Under the pieces are notes generated by a model, which was not told the DNA's origin, made no database searches, and worked only from the letters and a program-made list of their open reading frames with translations. Of a stretch of DNA of 32,000 nucleotides, positions 1-9,286 are shown in pieces (positions within the stretch are counted from its first letter, which is position 1; each line of letters opens with the position of its first letter). The DNA comes from Nostoc sp. PCC 7120 = FACHB-418. GTDB lineage: Bacteria > Cyanobacteriota > Cyanobacteriia > Cyanobacteriales > Nostocaceae. The position numbers were made by a program, and so were the translations under genes. The DNA lies in the NCBI RefSeq assembly GCF_000009705.1, contig NC_003272.1, positions 1,980,001-2,012,000 on the forward strand, read 5' to 3'.

Positions 1-1
1 A

Positions 2-343
2 ATTTTAGGCATGATTGGTCTGATGGGCGTTGCAGTCAATGATTCAATTGTGGTTCTGAGTTCCCTTAATCATGACCCCAAAGCCCGTCAAGGCGATCGC
101 CATGCAGCCAGAAAAGTAGTCATCCGTTCCACCCGTCATGTCATTGCAACTACTTTAACCACTATTATTGGATTTACCCCCCTATTATTAGATGCCAGTG
201 GTTTTTGGCCACCGCTTGCCATTACCATTGTCGGCGGGTTAGGAGGAGCTACTTTAATTGCTTTATATTTTGTCCCTTCTGTATATTTGTTGCTGCAACG
301 CTCATTAACTAAGGAGTCAAGAAAAAATAACTTGAACAATTAG
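2..343 (+). CDS. RND-family (AcrB-like) efflux permease, C-terminal end only; the gene starts upstream of the window
   Basis: Frame is open from the window edge to TAG at 341-343. The hydrophobic tail (GVAVNDSIVV...TTIIGFTPLLL...WPPLAITIVGGLGGATLIALYFVP) resembles the last TM helices of RND transporters. Confidence 0.75.
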   Translation: MLGMIGLMGVAVNDSIVVLSSLNHDPKARQGDRHAARKVVIRSTRHVIATTLTTIIGFTPLLLDASGFWPPLAITIVGGLGGATLIALYFVPSVYLLLQRSLTKESRKNNLNN

Positions 344-387
344 TTTATTGTTCTTGGCTTAATTTGATAGTTCTAGATATATACAAA

Positions 388-415
388 GTGTGGGCTTACA
401 TCTGTAAGCCCACAC
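388..415. terminator. Perfect 13-bp inverted repeat (GTGTGGGCTTACA / TGTAAGCCCACAC) between convergent genes; possible bidirectional terminator
   Basis: Arms at 388-400 and 403-415 read directly. Only a weak T-run follows, so terminator function is inferred. Confidence 0.35.
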
Positions 416-446
416 TTACAGTATTTTCGGCTGCTATGATACCAAT

Positions 447-689
447 TCACAAAATATTTGAGACAGTCGCTACGTTGATACGCATCTGTTGCATTTTTTT
501 CGGGAAATGGTATGAGGTACAGTAGCAACAATTAGCAAACCAGTTTCTTAAATGTCGAGGATTTATTAAGTCGTGTGCAACTGATATTAGTTTATCAAGC
601 ATTTCTGTTGTAGTTGGAGAAAAACTGCGTAAGAAAGATTTGAGTTGTGACCACCATAATTCGATTGGATTAAAAAATAATCCACTCAT
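447..689 (-). pseudogene. IS630/Tc1-mariner family transposase, C-terminal remnant
   Basis: The 80-aa ORF contains NPIELWWSQLKSFLR, the typical LNPIE..W..LK motif around the last catalytic residue of IS630 DDE transposases. No N-terminal or DD part is present upstream, where stops occur in frame. Confidence 0.6.
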
Positions 690-941
690 TACTCATTTAA
701 TTTGGTTCACCGATGATGACACCAAAATTGTATGAATAAAAAATAGGTCAATCTCATCAAAGTCAACACCCTACCTACCCCTACACCCTTAAGTTTTCTC
801 CTACCTTGCTTCTGCTCAAATGGCAATGCTGTTTTATGCAATTTCAAATGTCGTTAATTGCTTGTATGTCAAGAATAACCGTGATAATTTAGACTGTACT
901 TAAGTGAAAATACTTGTGCGTTAATTGTTAATTTCAAGAAT

Positions 942-2699
942 GTGAAAAATATTGACTTAGGCAGAAATGATACGCGAATCAAAGCAAAATTTCCCTTTTC
1001 TAGATTATTTCTGCTACTAACCTTAATTAGCGTTCCTGGTGTCGCGTCTGCCCAATCTACACCACCAGCAGGGGTGACAATTCCCCCAACTACACCAGAA
1101 ACTATTGACCAAACTATCCCTAAATCGTCCCCTAGTCCTGCTACTCCCACTCCTCCTTCTCCTACTACTACACCTATCCTTCCTGTGCCTCCTGTGCCAA
1201 CACCATCGGATGTTAATTCTCCTATTGGTGAAAGCTTTTTAGTCAAAAAAATCGAAGTTTTGGGGGCTACAGTCTTAAAAAATGAAATCGCCAAGTTGAT
1301 TGAACCATTCGAGAAGCGTCAAGTTACTTTTGCAGATTTAATTCAACTACGTTCAGATATTACCGAACTCTATATTCAAAACGGTTGCATCACCAGTGGC
1401 GCATTTTTACCCAACAATCAAAATCTGACTGATGGTGTGGTGAAAATTCAGGTGGTGGAAGGGGAACTAGAGAAAATTGAGATCACTGGGTTAAGAAGTC
1501 TTCAATCAGTATACGTGCGATCGCGTCTTGCCCAAGCTACCTCCACGCCATTAAATCGCCAACGCCTAGAAGCAGCATTGCAACTATTACAACTAGACCC
1601 CGTGATTCAACGGGTAAATGCTGAGTTAAGCGCTGGCAGCACTGCTGGTAGTAATATCTTGCTGGTAAATATCACTGAAGCGCCGGCATTTCATGGGGGA
1701 GTTTTTACAGCCAATAATCAAACTCCTAGTGTTGGTTCGACTCAACTAGGGGTATTTTTGAATCATGATAACTTGCTGGGTTTTGGCGATCGCCTCGCTG
1801 CTGAATATACAATTACTGAAGGACTCAACTTGTACGATGTCAGTTACACAATTCCTCTAAATGGCAATAATGACACATTGAGCTTTCGGGTGAATAATGC
1901 CAATAGTCGCATTATTACAGACGATTTCCGCGATTTGAACATTAGAAGCGAAACTCAAACCTATTCTCTCAGTTATCGTCATCCTCTCTACCGCCAACCC
2001 CAAACAGAACTTGGTCTGAGTTTAGGTTTAGATTTACGCCGTTCGCAAACATTTCTCCTTGAGAATATCCCTTTTTCTTTTTCTCCTGGTGCGGAAGATG
2101 GAGAATCAAAAATTACAGCCATTCGCTTTTCTCAAGATTGGGTAAAACGAGATGCCACAAGGGTTTTAGCAGCTCGATCCCAATTTAGCATTGGTATTGG
2201 GGCTTTTGATGCTACAGTCAACGATACTGATACGGATGGGCGCTTCTTTTCTTGGTTAGGACAATTTCAATGGGTGCAGTTATTATCCTCACGAACATTA
2301 ATCCTAACTAGAGTCAATGCCCAACTGACGGGAGACTCTTTATTATCATTAGAAAAATTTAGTATTGGTGGGTTTGATACAGTTCGTGGTTATACTCAAA
2401 ACAAACTCGTAGCCGACAATGGGTTCACTGCTTCGATAGAAGTCCGTCTTCCCTTAACTGCTAACTCTAATGCTTTGCAGATAGCACCGTTTTTTGATAT
2501 TGGTACTGTGTGGAATAATCGCGGTGGTAACCCCCAACCGCAGACAATTTCTAGTCTTGGTTTAGGCTTGCTTTGGCAACCAAGTCGAGACTTAAACCTA
2601 CGTTTAGATTATGGTATTCCCTTAACGAATATTAATGATGGGGGAAATACACTGCAAGAAAATGGTATTCACTTTTCACTGCGGTATCAACCATTTTAA
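942..2699 (+). CDS. ShlB/FhaC/HecB-family two-partner-secretion outer-membrane transporter (TpsB, POTRA + beta-barrel)
   Basis: 585-aa ORF with GTG start. It has a signal peptide (LLLTLISVPGVASA/Q), a Pro/Thr-rich linker, a POTRA-like segment (VKKIEVLGATVL) and an NLLGFGDRL motif. A beta-barrel region with alternating hydrophobic residues ends in an aromatic residue (RYQPF). Confidence 0.85.
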   Translation: MKNIDLGRNDTRIKAKFPFSRLFLLLTLISVPGVASAQSTPPAGVTIPPTTPETIDQTIPKSSPSPATPTPPSPTTTPILPVPPVPTPSDVNSPIGESFLVKKIEVLGATVLKNEIAKLIEPFEKRQVTFADLIQLRSDITELYIQNGCITSGAFLPNNQNLTDGVVKIQVVEGELEKIEITGLRSLQSVYVRSRLAQATSTPLNRQRLEAALQLLQLDPVIQRVNAELSAGSTAGSNILLVNITEAPAFHGGVFTANNQTPSVGSTQLGVFLNHDNLLGFGDRLAAEYTITEGLNLYDVSYTIPLNGNNDTLSFRVNNANSRIITDDFRDLNIRSETQTYSLSYRHPLYRQPQTELGLSLGLDLRRSQTFLLENIPFSFSPGAEDGESKITAIRFSQDWVKRDATRVLAARSQFSIGIGAFDATVNDTDTDGRFFSWLGQFQWVQLLSSRTLILTRVNAQLTGDSLLSLEKFSIGGFDTVRGYTQNKLVADNGFTASIEVRLPLTANSNALQIAPFFDIGTVWNNRGGNPQPQTISSLGLGLLWQPSRDLNLRLDYGIPLTNINDGGNTLQENGIHFSLRYQPF

Positions 2700-2832
2700 G
2701 AGAAATATCGTGCTGGTAAACATGAAACTCTTACTGTAACTTATCTTGACTTAATTATTAGTTGTTTCCCCTACACCTTAAATATTTGCAGTTATTTCAG
2801 AGGCGATCGCTTGCACAGTTAGCCTGACTCAA

Positions 2833-3135
2833 TTACGATGAACACTGACCCAAGGATGTATCCATAGCACTCTGCAAAACCTGGGACGATTCCCCTAAAT
2901 CATGGACTTCTCCATTTTGTTCTTTCAGCCATCGCTGAATGCGCTTTCTCTGCAATTCGCAAACCTGAACACTAGCTACTGTCAATGCTTGACGTGGAAA
3001 GATTTCCCTCAAATCAGCCAGCATCTCCACAGTGACACAAGCTTCTAAACATTCTGCAATGTAAGCCCTTGCATCTAAACACAACCATTCCTGAGTCGCC
3101 TCTAGCTTACAGATGTGGAGCTTTTTGGTTTCCAT
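2833..3135 (-). CDS. Hypothetical 100-aa protein
   Basis: ORF only, with no recognisable motif. It is divergent from the small gene at 3278. Confidence 0.35.
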   Translation of the reverse strand: METKKLHICKLEATQEWLCLDARAYIAECLEACVTVEMLADLREIFPRQALTVASVQVCELQRKRIQRWLKEQNGEVHDLGESSQVLQSAMDTSLGQCSS

Positions 3136-3277
3136 AAGATTTGGTTATGTCGTATACCAGAATTTACCCAACCATTCTACTTTATCTTCCAATGGCTTGA
3201 TAATTCTTCAACAAATATTTCCCCACCCATCCGAAAAATGTGCAATTATAAAGAAAAGCTTAAGAGGTTAGAGACTC

Positions 3278-3514
3278 ATGATCACCACAAAAATAATACG
3301 CCAGCTTTGGGCTGTAATTGAGTCTACTAACGTCAGCACTTTACTTCAATTTGATGATATCTCTCTAGTACAATTACTCACCCAGCAATTAAAAGTCAAC
3401 CAGGGACTCGACGCACAGGTAGATAGTAGCCTGGATAGTTACATCACATCTAAACTGCCCCTAATTCGAGACACTGCTGAAGGCAGGTTATCTTTAGGAC
3501 AGGAAAATCATTAA
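3278..3514 (+). CDS. Small conserved hypothetical protein (78 aa), paralog of 9475-9705
   Basis: ATG with GAGG about 12 nt upstream. Roughly 40 percent identity by eye to the 9475-9705 product (RQ[LI]W..[VI]E.T..STLL...D..LV.QL..QL...S..SY..S...LIRD.A..RL). Confidence 0.6.
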   Translation: MITTKIIRQLWAVIESTNVSTLLQFDDISLVQLLTQQLKVNQGLDAQVDSSLDSYITSKLPLIRDTAEGRLSLGQENH

Positions 3515-3539
3515 CACAAAAGTTCACAAATAAAATATC

Positions 3540-3806
3540 ATGAATCACTGGCTAGGTATTGCCCTTGTAGCTTATCTAATTGGAGCGGCGATTGAAGGGG
3601 TAAGTACAGCTGGTCAGCTAGCTCACTCATTGCCAGAACTAACCCAAGATAGGCAAGACGAGTCATCAAAATCTACTCATACATTGAAGGATAACTGGCG
3701 TATTGTTGTAGCCATTGCCTCTGTAACTCTTTGTGGAGCCTGCATTTGGCCTTGCCGTTTGTTTCACCGTTTAGTGAAGGGGAACGTTTCATCAGAGGAC
3801 TCGTAG
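3540..3806 (+). CDS. Small membrane protein (88 aa, two predicted TM helices)
   Basis: Starts 25 nt after the previous gene. Hydrophobic segments are WLGIALVAYLIGAAIEGV and IVVAIASVTLCGACIWPC. Confidence 0.45.
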   Translation: MNHWLGIALVAYLIGAAIEGVSTAGQLAHSLPELTQDRQDESSKSTHTLKDNWRIVVAIASVTLCGACIWPCRLFHRLVKGNVSSEDS

Positions 3807-3872
3807 ATTTTAAGTCATCACGTACCACAGTTTTTGCTTATTCTCTAAAATTTAGCAACGCTGAAATACACA

Positions 3873-3927
3873 TAGGGTAGACAATGCCCACCAAAGCCAT
3901 GATACGGTTGGCATTGTCCACCCTACA
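3873..3927. repeat. Palindromic Nostoc-type repeat (TAGGGTAGACAATGCCCACC ... GGTTGGCATTGTCCACCCTACA), related to 23148-23204
   Basis: Imperfect inverted repeat read directly. It sits between the convergent genes ending at 3806 and 3934, and a similar element occurs at 23148-23204. Confidence 0.6.
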
Positions 3928-3933
3928 CATTCC

Positions 3934-5424
3934 TTATAATTTTTCTCTTTCTGTCAAAGCGGCGCGTGCGTGTTCTCGGTCGTCAAAGTGGATTTTTTCT
4001 GTACCGAGAATTTGGTAGTCTTCATGACCTTTTCCCGCCAGTAGCACCCCATCACCGGGTTGAGCTTGTAAGATGGCGGTACGAATAGCGATCGCCCGAT
4101 CGCCTATAACTGTCGGTTGTACTGTGTCGGGAATCCCCGCCAGAATATCATCTAAAATTCTGTCTGGGTCTTCAGTCCGGGGATTGTCGGAAGTCACAAA
4201 GGCTAAATCTGCTAGTTCAGCCACGATTTTACCCATTTTGGGGCGCTTGGTGCGATCGCGATCGCCTCCGCAACCAAATACGCAAATCATTCTCCCAGGA
4301 ATAAACGGTCTAGCCGCTTTGAGTAAATTTTCTAAACTATCTGGGGTATGGGCGTAATCGACAATGACGCTAATATCTTGGTCAGGATTAATCTGCACCC
4401 TTTCCATCCGTCCGGGTACACCAGGAAACTCCGGTATAGCATTGGCAATTAGTTGTAAGTTTAAGCCCAAGTGTAAAACTGCGCCGACAGCCGCCAAAAG
4501 ATTTTCTAAATTGTATTGACCAACCAAGGGTGAACGGAAACTGACATTACCTTCTGGTGTATGGATTGTTCCTGTCACACCATTAGGCTCATAACTCAAG
4601 TCACTCATCCACAAATCAGCACTGCTATCATTAACGCTGTAACTCCAGACCTTTTCGGGACTCAGAGCTTTGATTAATCTTTGACCATAGGTATCATCAG
4701 CATTGATAATTGCTCGTCCTTTGAGGTACTCAGGACTAAATAACAGCGCTTTTGCTGCGAAATAATCCTCCATGTCGCTGTGATAGTCCAGATGGTCTTG
4801 GGTGAGATTACTAAATACCCCCACCTCAAAGGGACAACCAAGCACCCGACCCTGTGCTAAGGCGTGGGAACTGACCTCCATGACTCCAAACTCACAACCA
4901 GCATTGACAGCTTGTGCTAGCTGTTGTTGTAGTTCTACTGCAAAGGGGGTGGTGTGGGTGGCTGTTTGCTCAAAACCAGGCCAACGAGTGTAGAGAGTCC
5001 CCATCAAGGCGGTAGATAATTTAGCTTTAGTTAAGAAAAATTCAATCAGGTGAGTAGTGGTAGTTTTACCATTAGTACCAGTCACACCCACTAGCTTGAG
5101 TTTCTGCCCAGGATAACCATAAAAAGCTGCGGCGATCGCGGCACAAGCTTTAGTCATGTTGTTAGAGCTAATGACAACAGCCTCATCATGGGGAGGATTT
5201 TTCTCCACCGCTTGAGGAGAAACGATCGCGGCGATCGCACCTGAGGCGATCGCACTAGGCCAAAATTCTCCACCATCTACCCGCGTTCCTGGCATTCCAA
5301 TAAACAAATCACCCGCACCACAAGCATGGGAATTAGTCTTGATGCCTTTAACTTCCGCATCCGCCAAAACCGGAGGTAAATTTTCAACACTGTCTACTGT
5401 CGCTAGTAATTCCCGCAATTTCAT
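3934..5424 (-). CDS. murE: UDP-N-acetylmuramoyl-L-alanyl-D-glutamate--2,6-diaminopimelate ligase
   Basis: 496 aa with the Mur ligase P-loop GVTGTNGKTTT, the DNPR motif (SDNPRTEDP) typical of mDAP-adding MurE, and a GGDRDR motif. Confidence 0.95.
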   Translation of the reverse strand: MKLRELLATVDSVENLPPVLADAEVKGIKTNSHACGAGDLFIGMPGTRVDGGEFWPSAIASGAIAAIVSPQAVEKNPPHDEAVVISSNNMTKACAAIAAAFYGYPGQKLKLVGVTGTNGKTTTTHLIEFFLTKAKLSTALMGTLYTRWPGFEQTATHTTPFAVELQQQLAQAVNAGCEFGVMEVSSHALAQGRVLGCPFEVGVFSNLTQDHLDYHSDMEDYFAAKALLFSPEYLKGRAIINADDTYGQRLIKALSPEKVWSYSVNDSSADLWMSDLSYEPNGVTGTIHTPEGNVSFRSPLVGQYNLENLLAAVGAVLHLGLNLQLIANAIPEFPGVPGRMERVQINPDQDISVIVDYAHTPDSLENLLKAARPFIPGRMICVFGCGGDRDRTKRPKMGKIVAELADLAFVTSDNPRTEDPDRILDDILAGIPDTVQPTVIGDRAIAIRTAILQAQPGDGVLLAGKGHEDYQILGTEKIHFDDREHARAALTEREKL

Positions 5425-5456
5425 GTTGTGAACCTCGACACACGCCTTTCTTGCGC

Positions 5457-5744
5457 CTATTCTGCATTATTTTTTTCCGGATTGGCTAAATACTTGCTCA
5501 ACATTTGTGCCAATTGCTGAACACTAGCGCGGGGAGAAGGGCGGGGTAAAGCTTGCTCTTTCTCGTCTCCAGGCGTTATCAGACAAAGAACCGGAATCTC
5601 ATATTGATAGGCAGCAAACAAGTTTTCATCGGTTGTAATGTCACGAATTTCTAACTCAAAACTCAAATTTTGGATCTGTTCTAGTTTTTCCTGCAAACCC
5701 TCACATAAATGGCAACCGGGCTTACTGTATAAAATTAATCGCAT
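5457..5744 (-). CDS. Glutaredoxin-like (thioredoxin-fold, DUF836-type) protein
   Basis: 95 aa with N-terminal MRLILYSKPGCHLCEG, a CxxC redox motif. It lies 32 nt upstream of murE on the same strand. Confidence 0.8.
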   Translation of the reverse strand: MRLILYSKPGCHLCEGLQEKLEQIQNLSFELEIRDITTDENLFAAYQYEIPVLCLITPGDEKEQALPRPSPRASVQQLAQMLSKYLANPEKNNAE

Positions 5745-5954
5745 TTACTGAATACTACAAATCACTGAGAACTGCTATTGTAAAGAATACATGATAAATC
5801 TATAATCTTTGCAATACAAACTGGTCATTTTTATTAACAAAAGTAGTAGTTAGTAATTTTTTCATTCATAATTTATTGTGTTTACGTGGCTTTTGTGTAA
5901 CAAACATATATGTAAGTAATATTGTGAAAATCTTCATCTCCTTGTAGATGGGGG

Positions 5955-5999
5955 TTTGGTAATAGGTAATTGGCAATAGACCTGTTACCAATTACCAAA
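5955..5999. repeat. GGTAAT/ATTACC-type imperfect hairpin repeat
   Basis: TTTGGTAATAGGTAATTGG ... TTACCAATTACCAAA. The same motif family occurs at 12660-12689 and 24434-24484. Confidence 0.5.
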
Positions 6000-6106
6000 G
6001 CGCCAGGGTGGCTTTTCTCCCTACCAATCATGAGTTAGGCTTTCCCTCTACTTCAAAAAAGTAATTATTTTTTCCTCCCCTGCTTTTTATTGGTTGTGCT
6101 TAACTC

Positions 6107-7522
6107 ATGAATGACTCTCTGCATAAGGATTTGTCCGTTTATCAGCTGGCTTTAGGAGTGGAAGCGCCTTCTCAAACAGTGACTCTCAGTCCGGCGACCT
6201 TGCTATCACTGGTGAGAGCGCAAATAGACTTACTGATTGAGCAGCAACTCAGTGCAACTTTATGGATTAAGCTGCCACCAGGAAAAGTTTGGTCTACAGA
6301 AATAGTCCGCTATCAGTCATCAGTGGATAACTCTGGTCGTATTTACAATTGCCAAGTTGGAGAAAGTAAATCAGAGGTGGGAGAAGAAAATTTAACGTCT
6401 TTATCTTGTTTGTATGAGCATTATTTTAATGTGCCATTACTACCAAATAATCACTTACAACGAGAATATTTTTTGGTAGTATTATCGACAAAATTTTGCA
6501 GTTTAATAGCAGCTTATCGCCCACGGCAAAATAACAAAATTAGTCCCTTGGGGAAGACACAAAATAATAAAAATCAACCCCTATTAACGATTACTTCGGT
6601 TGAACATCAAGTCATTCAGCGTGTGTTAGATGGAATAAAACAAGAGGTTACCTCTGAATTAAAGCCAATAGCACCAAGCGATTTGATTTGCCCAACTGCT
6701 TGTGAGCCAGCCCTCATTAGCCAGATGCTCACCAAGCAGCTCCAACGACAAAATGAAATTAATCGTCGCATTAGTGTTGAACGCATTGCTAAATTGCAGC
6801 AGCATAATCAAAAATTGCAAACAAAAGAGCAATTGAAAGATGAATATTTAACTAATGTGTGTCAAGAACTGCGTACACCCTTGACGCAAATGAAAACTGC
6901 GCTTTCGCTGTTGAATTCGCCCACCCTGAAACCACACCAAAGACAGAGGTATTTGCAAATGTTAAATACCCAGTGCGATCGCCAAAGTGTTTTGATTGCC
7001 GGTCTCATGACTTTGGTAGAACTAGAGCATAATTTAGAAACCACAACTTTAGAAGCTGTCAAACTTGCAGATATTGTCCCTGGAGTCGTCAGCACTTATC
7101 AACCAGTAGCCCAAGAAAAAGGCATCATGCTAGGCTACACCATCCCTACAGACCTGCCAAGTGTTTTGTGTGTCAATGGTGGATTGCGCCAAATCGTCAT
7201 TAATCTGCTGCACAACAGCCTCAAGTTTACAGCTAATGGTGGTCGGGTCTGGGTTAGAGCTAAGGTACAAGGTGAATACGTCATACTAGAAATTCGTGAC
7301 ACAGGTATCGGTATTGCCGAAGGCGAAATTCCCAAAATATTCGACTGCTTTTATCGTGTGCGATCGGGGCTAATTGATGAGACCAATGGCGCAGGTTTAG
7401 GACTAACAATTGTCCAGAGATTGTTATGGCATTGTGGGGGTTCTGTTAATGTGAGAAGTAAGGTTGATGAAGGCACTATGGTAATAGTGCAAATGAAGAT
7501 AGGAACCACCTCGCCAACTTAA
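6107..7522 (+). CDS. Sensor histidine kinase (HisKA + HATPase_c), soluble N-terminal sensor region of unknown type
   Basis: 471 aa with an H-box region (ELRTPLTQM), N box (LLHNSLKFT), G1 (RDTGIGI) and G2 (GAGLGLTIV). No TM helices and no adjacent response regulator. Confidence 0.9.
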   Translation: MNDSLHKDLSVYQLALGVEAPSQTVTLSPATLLSLVRAQIDLLIEQQLSATLWIKLPPGKVWSTEIVRYQSSVDNSGRIYNCQVGESKSEVGEENLTSLSCLYEHYFNVPLLPNNHLQREYFLVVLSTKFCSLIAAYRPRQNNKISPLGKTQNNKNQPLLTITSVEHQVIQRVLDGIKQEVTSELKPIAPSDLICPTACEPALISQMLTKQLQRQNEINRRISVERIAKLQQHNQKLQTKEQLKDEYLTNVCQELRTPLTQMKTALSLLNSPTLKPHQRQRYLQMLNTQCDRQSVLIAGLMTLVELEHNLETTTLEAVKLADIVPGVVSTYQPVAQEKGIMLGYTIPTDLPSVLCVNGGLRQIVINLLHNSLKFTANGGRVWVRAKVQGEYVILEIRDTGIGIAEGEIPKIFDCFYRVRSGLIDETNGAGLGLTIVQRLLWHCGGSVNVRSKVDEGTMVIVQMKIGTTSPT

Positions 7523-7523
7523 A

Positions 7524-7574
7524 CCAATTCGCAATAGCCTGGGGCAAGGCTAACGCCAACGCAATTCGCTTTTT
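7524..7574. repeat. Stop-codon-proximal repeat (CAATTCGCAATAGCCTGGGGCAAGGCTAACGCCAAC...) with TAGCCT/AGGCTA hairpin and T5 run
   Basis: Related copies lie at 19454-19500 and 20897-20944. Each begins within about 12 nt of the stop codon of a plus-strand gene. Confidence 0.5.
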
Positions 7575-7790
7575 CCGTGTTGTAACGGGATTTAGACCCC
7601 TACATTTTGTGAAACCTGAAAACAGGGTGAAGCGATCGCCGTAGCAGTTAATGACATAAACTCAATAAAAGCGCGATTATACTGATTTTCCACAGTTTAA
7701 CAGCCTCTCATTAGAGAATAATGCTTTCCCGCACCTGTTGCTTCAATTCATAAGCAAGTTATCATCATCAAGTAGTTTTAAACACTCTGT

Positions 7791-9254
7791 ATGCCCCGAA
7801 AAATTTCTCTTGGCTTGATGGCATTATTTATTAGTGTTCAAGTTAGTGTTACCCAGCAACTAGTTAAAGCCCAAACCCCAACCGCACCTACACCAACCAC
7901 AAAATCTATTTGTCCGGCAGAATTGGGAACAGCCATAGATACAATAGTCAATCGTCCTTTATTCAATCGAGTGCGCTGGGGTATTTTAGTCAAACCTCTG
8001 TCATCTATGCAAACTCTTTACAGCCGAGATGCAGAGAAATACTTCACTCCTGCTTCTAATGCTAAATTGCTGACTACAGCTGCTGCCTTACAACAACTAG
8101 GTGCAGACTTTCGTATTCGTACTTCAATTTATCAAAATGGTAATGGCAATTTCACTATTGTTGGTAGAGGTGATCCTAGCCTCAGCGATACTCAATTGCA
8201 ATCACTAGCACAACAACTAAAACAAAAAGGTATCACCCAAGTTAATCAGCTAATTGCTGATGATAGTTATATTCAAGGGGATATTGTTAACTCGACTTGG
8301 CAATGGGAAGATGTGCAGTCAAATTATGGTGCGCCAGTCAATAGTTTTATTTTGAATCAAAATGTATTTGGTTTAAAACTTATTCCTCAAATTGTAGGTA
8401 AGACTCCACAATTGTTGTGGAATGACCCCAATGAAGCAAGACAATGGTTGATCATCAATCAATCTGTGACAGTTGCAGCAAACCAACCAAGTTATATTGA
8501 TGTTAGCCGTGATTTAACAGGAAAAGTGCTGCGAATTAAAGGACAAATTGCAGCTAATTCCACTCCATATTTAGTAGAATTGCCTGTAGTTGATCCTAAT
8601 TATTACTTCCTGCGGCGTTTTCGTAGTGCCTTATCCACAGAAAAAATTAGTTTGGGTACAACATTAGTTGCTTCTAGTGCTTCTAATCAACAGGAATTAG
8701 CTGCTGTACAGTCTCCGCCTTTATCACAATTATTGATAGAGACAAATCAAAATAGTAATAATCTGTATGCCGAGGCATTGTTAAGAGCATTGGCTTTCAA
8801 ACAACCTAGAGTGCAAAATAAAAGTACTGCTAATATTGGCTTAGATGTTATTAAAGTGACCTTAAATAAATTAGGAGTTGACCCGACAGGTTATGTTTTG
8901 ATAGATGCTTCTGGTTTATCACGCCGTAATTTAGTCACCCCTGAAGCTTTAGTACAAACCTTGCAAGGAATAGCCAAAACACCAGCCGCCAATGTATATC
9001 GTGCTTCCTTACCTATAGCCGGAAAAAGTGGTACTTTGAGCAACCGCCTTCGTAATACTCCAGCTCAAGGCATCGTACAAGCTAAAACTGGTACATTAAG
9101 CGGTGCAATTTCTTTATCTGGATACGTCAATAGCTCTCAATATGAACCTTTAGCGTTTAGTATTATGGTGAATCAATCGGAGCAGCCTGCAAGTGCTTTG
9201 CGCCAAGCAATTGATGAGATAGTTGTGTTATTGGCACAGCTAAAGCGTTGTTAA
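7791..9254 (+). CDS. dacB: D-alanyl-D-alanine carboxypeptidase/endopeptidase, PBP4 (peptidase S13)
   Basis: 487 aa with a signal peptide and the active-site motifs SNAK (SxxK), SNN (SxN) and KTG (AKTGTL). Confidence 0.9.
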   Translation: MPRKISLGLMALFISVQVSVTQQLVKAQTPTAPTPTTKSICPAELGTAIDTIVNRPLFNRVRWGILVKPLSSMQTLYSRDAEKYFTPASNAKLLTTAAALQQLGADFRIRTSIYQNGNGNFTIVGRGDPSLSDTQLQSLAQQLKQKGITQVNQLIADDSYIQGDIVNSTWQWEDVQSNYGAPVNSFILNQNVFGLKLIPQIVGKTPQLLWNDPNEARQWLIINQSVTVAANQPSYIDVSRDLTGKVLRIKGQIAANSTPYLVELPVVDPNYYFLRRFRSALSTEKISLGTTLVASSASNQQELAAVQSPPLSQLLIETNQNSNNLYAEALLRALAFKQPRVQNKSTANIGLDVIKVTLNKLGVDPTGYVLIDASGLSRRNLVTPEALVQTLQGIAKTPAANVYRASLPIAGKSGTLSNRLRNTPAQGIVQAKTGTLSGAISLSGYVNSSQYEPLAFSIMVNQSEQPASALRQAIDEIVVLLAQLKRC

Positions 9255-9286
9255 TTTGCTCTTTTTTGAATTTGAGCGTAGTTTGC

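Noticed and set aside
869-1294. 141-aa Gly-rich ORF antisense to the start of the ShlB/FhaC gene
   Set aside because: It mirrors the Pro/Thr-rich linker (CCN codons read as GGN on the other strand). It has low complexity and fully overlaps a well-supported gene.
3115-3321. 68-aa ORF bridging the divergent region between 2833-3135 and 3278-3514
   Set aside because: It overlaps both neighbouring gene starts, has no RBS, and its sequence is not protein-like.
4252-4265. Two overlapping HIP1 octamers (GCGATCGCGATCGC) inside murE
   Set aside because: On the coding strand they simply encode the conserved DRDR of the Mur ligase GGDRDR motif. This is not a separate element.
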